Source: a virus
Lineage: Duplodnaviria > Caudoviricetes
IMG/VR virus record: IMGVR_UViG_3300017911_001939
Coordinates: 59,210-123,209 of that record
Direction: 5' to 3' (one strand)
DNA: 64,000 nucleotides
Shown here: positions 57,970-64,000 of the stretch, piece after piece
Numbering within the stretch: the stretch's first letter is position 1
Layout: every line of letters starts with the position of its first letter
The notes under the pieces: generated by a model
Told to the model about the DNA's origin: nothing
Databases searched by the model: none
What the model saw: the letters and a program-made list of their open reading frames with translations, nothing else
Program-made: the position numbers and the translations under genes

Positions 57970-58389
57970 ATGAAAACTTGGCATAATGATATTAATGACA
58001 TGCACAAAAAATTTGGCGTGCATGATTGGGTAAAGGGCGAGCTCGATAAAGGTGATTGGTCTCGTCTTCGTAAATTTATTGACTTTCGTCTGCGTTTCTT
58101 GCAAGAAGAATTGGACGAAACTAAGAATGCTGTAGAGAATGCTGATGCTCCTGAAGTGGTAGATGGTCTTATCGATCTCTGCGTCGTGGCTATCGGTACT
58201 CTTGATGCATTTGGTGTAGATGCGCAAAAAGCATGGGATGAGGTACATAATGCCAATATGGCAAAAGAACGTGGTATTAAAGAATCACGACCTAATCCGC
58301 TTGGCTTGCCTGATTTGATTAAACCTGAAGGATGGACAGGACCGAACCATGATGACAACACAGGCACTATCACTGACGCTCTTCGATAG
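57970..58389 (+). CDS. MazG-like NTP pyrophosphohydrolase
   Basis: LQEELDE...EVVDGLIDL...WDEVHNANMAK...PDLIKPEGW. Confidence 0.85.
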   Translation: MKTWHNDINDMHKKFGVHDWVKGELDKGDWSRLRKFIDFRLRFLQEELDETKNAVENADAPEVVDGLIDLCVVAIGTLDAFGVDAQKAWDEVHNANMAKERGIKESRPNPLGLPDLIKPEGWTGPNHDDNTGTITDALR

Positions 58390-59290
58390 CATCTTTGACA
58401 ACAAAACAAACAAACGCATTGATCTCAAAGATTTCGATGCGTTTGAACGCGTTCTGTATGAACTTGCCGAAAAGCCTCGTGCTGGTAAGAAAGATGCAGA
58501 ACTTATGTCTCCTGCTACATACATGCCTAATACTACTCGTAAGAACGATAATGTTATCGAGTGGTCAGGTTGGTGTGCGGTTGATGTAGATGATTATGAA
58601 TTTGAAGGAGACTTAAAAGATGTATTGGTTGAACGTTTTGGTCATTACCGTTTCGTTTGTTATTCTACTGCGAGCAGCAGCGAGTCTTCGCCAAAGTTCC
58701 GCATTGTGTTCCCACTTACAAACTCAGTTAGAAGGGATCGAATTAAGGAATTCTGGTGGGCACTCAACACCGAGCTGGGAGACATCGGAGATAAACAGAC
58801 TAAAGACCTCTCTCGGATGTATTATATTCCTGCAAGATATGATTCTGCATTTAACTTTATTTTCAGCCACAATGGTGGCATGCCTATTGACAGTGATGAA
58901 CTAATCTTCAAGCATCCTATGCCTCAGAAGTCATCTCTCAATAATTTCTTTGATCGTCTTCCTACGGCTATGCAAAAAGAAATCATTGAACACCGTAAGG
59001 CACAACTCGACCAGAACTTTGAATGGACTTCATATCATGATTGTCCATTTTGGCCTAAACAACTTGCTGCTGAATATCAGACTATCTCAAAGACTGGTTG
59101 GTATCATAAGATGTACCAGATTATGGTTGCTGTGGCTGGTAAGGCAGTTGAACGTAAGTATCCAATCGAAGCTGCCGAGATTAGTCAACTCTGTCGTCAG
59201 TTTGATGAAGCTACTGGTAATTGGTATAAGAATCGTCCGCTCGATAAAGAAGCAGATCGAGCACTAGAATACGTATATAAAAACCTCTAA
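58349..59290 (+). CDS. AEP/PrimPol-type primase-like protein
   Basis: AVDVDD (DxD), YSTASS...KFRIVFPL, D.QTKDLSRMYYIP; helical C-terminal domain. Confidence 0.7.
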   Translation: MMTTQALSLTLFDSIFDNKTNKRIDLKDFDAFERVLYELAEKPRAGKKDAELMSPATYMPNTTRKNDNVIEWSGWCAVDVDDYEFEGDLKDVLVERFGHYRFVCYSTASSSESSPKFRIVFPLTNSVRRDRIKEFWWALNTELGDIGDKQTKDLSRMYYIPARYDSAFNFIFSHNGGMPIDSDELIFKHPMPQKSSLNNFFDRLPTAMQKEIIEHRKAQLDQNFEWTSYHDCPFWPKQLAAEYQTISKTGWYHKMYQIMVAVAGKAVERKYPIEAAEISQLCRQFDEATGNWYKNRPLDKEADRALEYVYKNL

Positions 59291-59357
59291 AAAAATTAAA
59301 AAAAATTTAAAAAAGTGCGTTTTTACTATGTACAATCCTGGATTTTTATGGTAAGAT
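59289..59357 (+). promoter_or_regulatory. Probable early promoter with A-tract UP element
   Basis: Phased A-tracts at 59289-59314, then TGTACA-N17-TAAGAT with TGG; GAGGAG SD downstream. Confidence 0.6.
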
Positions 59358-59387
59358 ATATCCATAATCAGAGTTGAGGAGAAAACG

Positions 59388-59690
59388 ATGACAAAGCCAA
59401 TCAACAAAACATCAATGTTTAACGTTAACCGTCTGATCGATAGCTACATGAAAGAGTGTAACTACTGGTTTGGCCGCGACAACGGCATGTCTGAAATGTA
59501 TGCTGCTGATCGCAACGACTTTATGACAGTTCGTGACCTGTATAAAGGTCTTGAGTATGATAAGATGGTTGAGTTCGTCCATCGTATGGACACTTCACCT
59601 CGTGAAGATATTGTAATTGCTATGGCAAAAGATTGTGGTGTTGCATTTGTACGTGACACCCTTGGTTATGATTGTGAAGGACATGTATAA
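59388..59690 (+). CDS. Hypothetical early protein
   Basis: GAGGAG SD; downstream of early-type promoter. Confidence 0.65.
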   Translation: MTKPINKTSMFNVNRLIDSYMKECNYWFGRDNGMSEMYAADRNDFMTVRDLYKGLEYDKMVEFVHRMDTSPREDIVIAMAKDCGVAFVRDTLGYDCEGHV

Positions 59691-60451
59691 TGGAAAAATT
59701 TATTGAAATCAACAAAGTCGTACCTGCAACACCAGACGACTATATTCTAAAGCGCATGCGTGAGCGTGCAGAAGAAAGTCATGGCACACGTGACCTCGAT
59801 CTTATTAGCGAACGTCGTCGTTGGGAAGCAGAGTTTCCCGAGTATCATCAGTGTCAGGTTGACTCTAAGCAAGAAGTTTATTGGGGTTTCCAATATGACA
59901 CGATGCACGAAGATCTTGGTGAAATGGAATATAAGCAGTTTGCTAAGAAAGGCGTTAAGCTAAGTCCATATACACAAGACCGTATCAAAGACGGTACAGT
60001 CAAATATATTGTTGTTTGGAAATGGGCTGACGGAAATCGTTGGTCTCCGCTTGAAGCAAACAAGCAAGCTAACTACGAAATTTGTGGTTATGTAGAAGCC
60101 AATCGCGCTCTTGAACTTCTTCAAAATGTGGACGGAGATATGCGTTTCCCTTATCCTCCACCTCCATCTCTTGAAGAAGTTACTGAAGTCGAAGAAGAAG
60201 ATCGTGCTGAAACGATTCGTAAGCTTGAACGTATGCCTGTTGATAAGGCACGTACAATTGCACTTCGTCTGATGGAAGATTGGAATCCTACTAAAATTGG
60301 TGGGAAAGCCTCTAAAAACCGTACTATATATGATATCGAACATGCATTTACATCACGCGATATCTGTGGTATAATGTATCGACTACAACTTGCTAGCGAA
60401 GGTTTAGGTACAATCGACTCTTCGTGGCAACAACATTATAGGAACATCTAA
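59690..60451 (+). CDS. Hypothetical two-domain protein
   Basis: 253 aa; PYPPPP-EEE linker between two domains. Confidence 0.6.
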   Translation: MEKFIEINKVVPATPDDYILKRMRERAEESHGTRDLDLISERRRWEAEFPEYHQCQVDSKQEVYWGFQYDTMHEDLGEMEYKQFAKKGVKLSPYTQDRIKDGTVKYIVVWKWADGNRWSPLEANKQANYEICGYVEANRALELLQNVDGDMRFPYPPPPSLEEVTEVEEEDRAETIRKLERMPVDKARTIALRLMEDWNPTKIGGKASKNRTIYDIEHAFTSRDICGIMYRLQLASEGLGTIDSSWQQHYRNI

Positions 60452-60798
60452 TGAAAGAATCCATTAAAGTCCTACAAGAATGCGCTGAATTGCAAACGAA
60501 TAAAGGTAATGATTACCAAAACGAGCATTCGCGCATCCGTCAAGCAGATTATTATCCTAACGGTGTATCAACTCTGCTTGACATCAATCATGCGAAGATG
60601 CTTCGTATGCAATCTGTCGTAGCTGCTATGATGTCAGATCCAGACTACGAACCAAACTTTGAGTCTATCGAAGACTCAGCGAAAGACATGATCAACTATT
60701 GTTCATTCATCGTTGCCTATTGCCGTGGTAAGATGGATGGTCAGAATCCAGACCATGACTTTCTTAATCGACCAAAGAGAGTAAAAAATGAAAGCTAA
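60451..60798 (+). CDS. Nucleotide-modification-associated domain protein (Nmad1/DUF1599-like)
   Basis: KGNDY...K.LR...ESIEDS.KD.INY pattern. Confidence 0.65.
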   Translation: MKESIKVLQECAELQTNKGNDYQNEHSRIRQADYYPNGVSTLLDINHAKMLRMQSVVAAMMSDPDYEPNFESIEDSAKDMINYCSFIVAYCRGKMDGQNPDHDFLNRPKRVKNES

Positions 60799-61084
60799 TT
60801 CTATTGTAACAGCTGTACTACTAAATGGTGCAGAAATCATTGGACGTTTTGTAGAAGAGAATGAAAATACAATCACTATCTACAAACCACGTCTTGTTTC
60901 CCCTCAACAACAAGGATTAGCTTTTGTACCGGGAATCGCCATGACTGGCGTAGAGCCAAATGGCGATTTCCAATTTACAAAGCATTCTGTTCTATATGTA
61001 ATTGAAACACAAGAACAGATTGCAGGTGCATGGCAAAAGGCCACATCTGGTCTTGAGATGCCAACTGGTGGGTTAGTAGCGTGA
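60788..61084 (+). CDS. Conserved T4-like hypothetical protein (Sm-like fold)
   Basis: L.NGAEIIG...KPRLV...Q.ATSGL. Confidence 0.6.
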   Translation: MKANSIVTAVLLNGAEIIGRFVEENENTITIYKPRLVSPQQQGLAFVPGIAMTGVEPNGDFQFTKHSVLYVIETQEQIAGAWQKATSGLEMPTGGLVA

Positions 61085-61494
61085 AGGTAGGTTTAACTGC
61101 ATCCACGTTTGACCTACTGCATGCTGGTCATGTCGCGATGTTGCGTGAAGCCAAAACACAGTGTGATTGGCTGATCGCCGCATTGCAAGTAGATCCTTCT
61201 GTAGATCGCAAAAATAAAAACAAACCTATTCAAAGTATCGTCGAAAGGCAAGCACAAATTGCTGCCGTAAAATATGTCGACGAAGTCATTATTTATTGTA
61301 CAGAAGACGATTTACTTGATATAATTAACATGTATCCAATCGATATACGAATCCTCGGTGAAGAATATCGATTGAAAGATTTTACTGGTAAAGATGAATG
61401 CCGTACACGTGGCATCGAACTTTACTTTAACAAACGAGATCATAGGTTCTCGTCGTCTGACCTAAGGGAGCGAGTCTGTGCTAAACGTAAGTGA
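61081..61494 (+). CDS. Cytidylyltransferase (TagD-like)
   Basis: TFDLLHAGH HxGH motif; ER..Q...VKYVDEV; FSSSDLR. Confidence 0.88.
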   Translation: MKVGLTASTFDLLHAGHVAMLREAKTQCDWLIAALQVDPSVDRKNKNKPIQSIVERQAQIAAVKYVDEVIIYCTEDDLLDIINMYPIDIRILGEEYRLKDFTGKDECRTRGIELYFNKRDHRFSSSDLRERVCAKRK

Positions 61495-62176
61495 TATCCG
61501 CAAACATTTTATTGAGGAGCTAAAGAATGAAAACTTTTCCCGGGACAAATCTGGAGTCAAAACTATTGAGCTTATCGGTGCTTCGTTCAACGCCGATGAA
61601 CCCGCCATCTTCGGATCGGTCAATCAAGACTATGTTGATGCTGAGCTTGCTTGGTATAATTCTCAGTCTAGTAGCATATACGACATACGACCTGATGGTG
61701 ACCCTCCAGCAGCTTGGAAATATAGTGCAAATAAACACGGACAGATTAACAGCAATTATGGCAAACTAATCTACGCTGATAAATACTTTAACCAATACGG
61801 TCAAGCACTCGATGAACTGCTTCGTAATCCTGACAGTCGTCGTGCAATCATGATTTATAATCGACCGTCTATGTGGGTAGATTGGTGTGAAGATGATAAA
61901 AATGATTTTGTATGCACTAATGCTGTTAGCTATTATATCCGTAACGGTGCAATACACTGCGTGGTACAAATGCGCTCAAACGATGTCGTGTACGGATACA
62001 AAAATGACTATGCTTGGCAGCTTCATGTTCTGACCGAGTTTACACGTGACTATAACTCTCTTTATATGGATGCAGCATGGGATGCTGACTATCGTAAAGA
62101 GATGACTGTTGGTAATATTACATGGCAAGTACAAAACTTGCACGTCTATGAAAGGCATTTCGACCTTGTCAAGTAA
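61478..62176 (+). CDS. dCMP hydroxymethylase-like (T4 gp42-type thymidylate synthase family)
   Basis: INSNYG; DFVCTNAV; MRSNDVVYGYKNDYAWQ; QNLHVYERHF, closely matching T4 gp42. Confidence 0.85.
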   Translation: MLNVSDIRKHFIEELKNENFSRDKSGVKTIELIGASFNADEPAIFGSVNQDYVDAELAWYNSQSSSIYDIRPDGDPPAAWKYSANKHGQINSNYGKLIYADKYFNQYGQALDELLRNPDSRRAIMIYNRPSMWVDWCEDDKNDFVCTNAVSYYIRNGAIHCVVQMRSNDVVYGYKNDYAWQLHVLTEFTRDYNSLYMDAAWDADYRKEMTVGNITWQVQNLHVYERHFDLVK

Positions 62177-62636
62177 ACTAAATCTCGTAATCCAACGTAA
62201 AGAAAGCTGGGATTCTCGCTTTCTTGATTTAGCCGAACAAATCGCGGGATGGTCAAAAGATCCATCTCGCAAAATCGGTGCGGTTGCTATTGGATCTGAG
62301 GGACAAGTACTTGCACAAGGATACAATGGATTTCCTCGAGGCATTATAGACCTAGAAGATAGGTACAACGATCGCCAAGAGAAATACAAGTTGGTGGTTC
62401 ATGCTGAAATGAATGTAATATATAATGCTACGTTTAATGGTGTATCGTTGAAAGACTCAACGCTATACGTGCATGGACTTCCTGTTTGCTCTGATTGTGC
62501 CAAAGGCATAATTCAGGTTGGTGTTAAAAGAGTCGTCATGAGAGAACAAGAAATTCCAGATATTTGGAAAGACTCATGGCAAAAAACAAGGGAGATGTTC
62601 GATGAAGCAGGTGTCAAATGGGAATTCTACTCGTGA
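62166..62636 (+). CDS. cd: dCMP deaminase (start uncertain)
   Basis: WSKDPS; GYNGFPRG; HAEMN; PVCSDC. Confidence 0.92.
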   Translation: MSSKLNLVIQRKESWDSRFLDLAEQIAGWSKDPSRKIGAVAIGSEGQVLAQGYNGFPRGIIDLEDRYNDRQEKYKLVVHAEMNVIYNATFNGVSLKDSTLYVHGLPVCSDCAKGIIQVGVKRVVMREQEIPDIWKDSWQKTREMFDEAGVKWEFYS

Positions 62637-62799
62637 AAGTTACCATGATTACATGCTACGAAAGATGCGAGAAGAAGATAAACGCTTAGGTATCGATCAC
62701 CGATCACCAGACACTAAAATAAAAGAACTCACAAATCGAGTCAAACAGCTAGAAGTTGATATGGCACATATGATGAGGAAACTTGAAGGAACTACTTAA
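62602..62799 (+). CDS. Small hypothetical protein
   Basis: Fills gap between cd and next gene; coiled-coil C-terminus. Confidence 0.55.
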   Translation: MKQVSNGNSTRESYHDYMLRKMREEDKRLGIDHRSPDTKIKELTNRVKQLEVDMAHMMRKLEGTT

Positions 62800-63968
62800 T
62801 GAACATTGAGCTCACCGAATATTATGATGATTTTTTGAGGTACTTTAATAAAGCCTACGAACAGCAGATTAAATGTAACGTGGCTGATGAAGCACCATAC
62901 GGTATGATCCCTCATATGGAGTCCGATATGGACGATGACCTTATGCATTGGATCGAGCTCTATGACGTAGTCGAACGTAAATATGCTGGCTTCTCTCAAA
63001 TTATGAATGATTGCTGGTCTGGTTGGACCGAAGATCATCCATATTGGAAAAAGATGGAAGCCGGCAAAATTACTAATCAAAGAGAAGTGGTAGCCAATAA
63101 TTGGACAGGCAAACATAAAGACTTCGATTTGCCCGAATGGTTGTATCTGTTTATTCTGCATCGTGTAACAGGATCTGCCATTAATTATGGTACTAAACCA
63201 TCTGGCTACCACAACACTCTGCTTTTTACTCTTCATAAGGCTCGTACTATTGAAGAGATGATTTGGCATATGAAGAGACATAAGTCTCCATTCTACACAT
63301 CAATTGGTTATCAATTCCCTAAATTTCCAAAACCTCAAGGTGATTATAAAAAAGGTGGTGACTATTACCTTGGTGAATATGCACCTCGTCTAGCTCGTGA
63401 GATGGCCGAATGGCTACAAAAATCTAATGAGCGCAAAGATCTTCGTGAGATTGGTGAATTTATGGGCCAGTGGAATGAACGTAATGGTCTTAATCGTTAT
63501 ACATTTCAATATGCTGCTGTAGTTGCAGATATCGCTGATTGGTATCCTGAGTTTGTCAATAAAGAATCGCCATTCTATTATGGCACAAATGCTGTAGAGT
63601 GTATTTCTTATCTCGCAAAGCCAACAGTAAAGATGAAGAAAGAACAGTTTCTCGATGCTGTGATGGCTAAGATCTACGAAGATACTAAGTCATATCCATA
63701 TAATGCAGAAGATGTATGCTGTGACTATATCCGTTGGGTCGAAAACTATGTACGGCCAGGTGCACACTACTCACACGTAAATCTTGATGAAATTTGGTCA
63801 TCGAGCAATATTAAAAACCATCCATATGGCAGACAAAAAGCCATGTTAGAAATGGGATTGGTTGAATCATTTAATGGTCTTAAGCATCATCCATCAGATG
63901 ATACAGTTATTAAAGCCGCAGGCATCAGCGTAGAGGAATACAAACAAAGATGCATAACTCTACACTAG
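62799..63968 (+). CDS. aGPT-Pplase / amino-acid:DNA transferase-like protein (HhH glycosylase fold)
   Basis: YDVVER, LFILHR, F.YAAVVAD, GTNA, EDVCCDYIRW align by eye with the FTNV.R / LFR / F.AYQ..D / GPGA / E..LCE..KY motifs of the family. Confidence 0.6.
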   Translation: MNIELTEYYDDFLRYFNKAYEQQIKCNVADEAPYGMIPHMESDMDDDLMHWIELYDVVERKYAGFSQIMNDCWSGWTEDHPYWKKMEAGKITNQREVVANNWTGKHKDFDLPEWLYLFILHRVTGSAINYGTKPSGYHNTLLFTLHKARTIEEMIWHMKRHKSPFYTSIGYQFPKFPKPQGDYKKGGDYYLGEYAPRLAREMAEWLQKSNERKDLREIGEFMGQWNERNGLNRYTFQYAAVVADIADWYPEFVNKESPFYYGTNAVECISYLAKPTVKMKKEQFLDAVMAKIYEDTKSYPYNAEDVCCDYIRWVENYVRPGAHYSHVNLDEIWSSSNIKNHPYGRQKAMLEMGLVESFNGLKHHPSDDTVIKAAGISVEEYKQRCITLH

Positions 63969-64000
63969 ACGAATTTATTCCTGCTGACGAAAATCAAATC
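63950..64000 (+). CDS. Start of next gene (partial)
   Basis: GAGG SD, ATG at 63950, open to window end: MHNSTLDEFIPADENQI. Confidence 0.45.
   Translation, partial: MHNSTLDEFIPADENQI

Noticed and set aside
4514-62389. Many 60-160 aa ORFs antisense to or in alternate frames of core genes (e.g. 5626..6102, 42216..42635, 46911..47369, 49423..49899, 53419..53880, 57936..58409)
   Set aside because: They lie mostly within well-supported genes and show no family motifs; expected shadows of codon bias.
1-64000. tRNAs, CRISPR arrays, introns, inteins, homing endonucleases and stop-codon recoding
   Set aside because: None recognised by eye; gp17, gp20, gp23, gp43 and gp46 are uninterrupted and of normal length, and TAA, TAG and TGA all end genes. 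A tRNAscan/Infernal run would be needed to exclude small RNAs.

Overview
64 kb from the genome of a T4-like myovirus (Tevenvirinae-like gene order), probably marine; a proteobacterial host is inferred from a GH108 endolysin, a DUF3563-like microprotein and an Hsp20 with a ROSE-type leader. Layout: (1) 1-4010, minus strand: AT-rich accessory enzymes (radical SAM, DegT aminotransferase, QueC-like PP-loop ATPase, nitroreductase) behind a T4 late-promoter motif. (2) 4101-30169: about 40 fibre/adhesin/virion genes, including a U32 Fe-S protein + methyltransferase + membrane protein cassette and a tandem array of about 20 small paralogous adaptor, C1q-like and 'QEIA'-type modules. (3) 30173-43612: neck, terminase, tail and head genes gp13-gp23 and gp3, with gp14 split in two. 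(4) 43638-57931: uvsY, uvsW, gp55, gp47/46/45/44/62, regA, hsp20, endolysin, gp43. (5) 57970-64000: AEP-type primase and a DNA base-hypermodification locus (T4 gp42-type hydroxymethylase, dCMP deaminase, aGPT-Pplase-like transferase). The strongest unexplained signal is a D-S-[A/D/G/S/N] tripeptide that is heavily enriched in exterior virion proteins and rare in intracellular ones, which suggests a sequon for post-translational decoration of the virion. All assignments come from motif recognition by eye; no searches were run.
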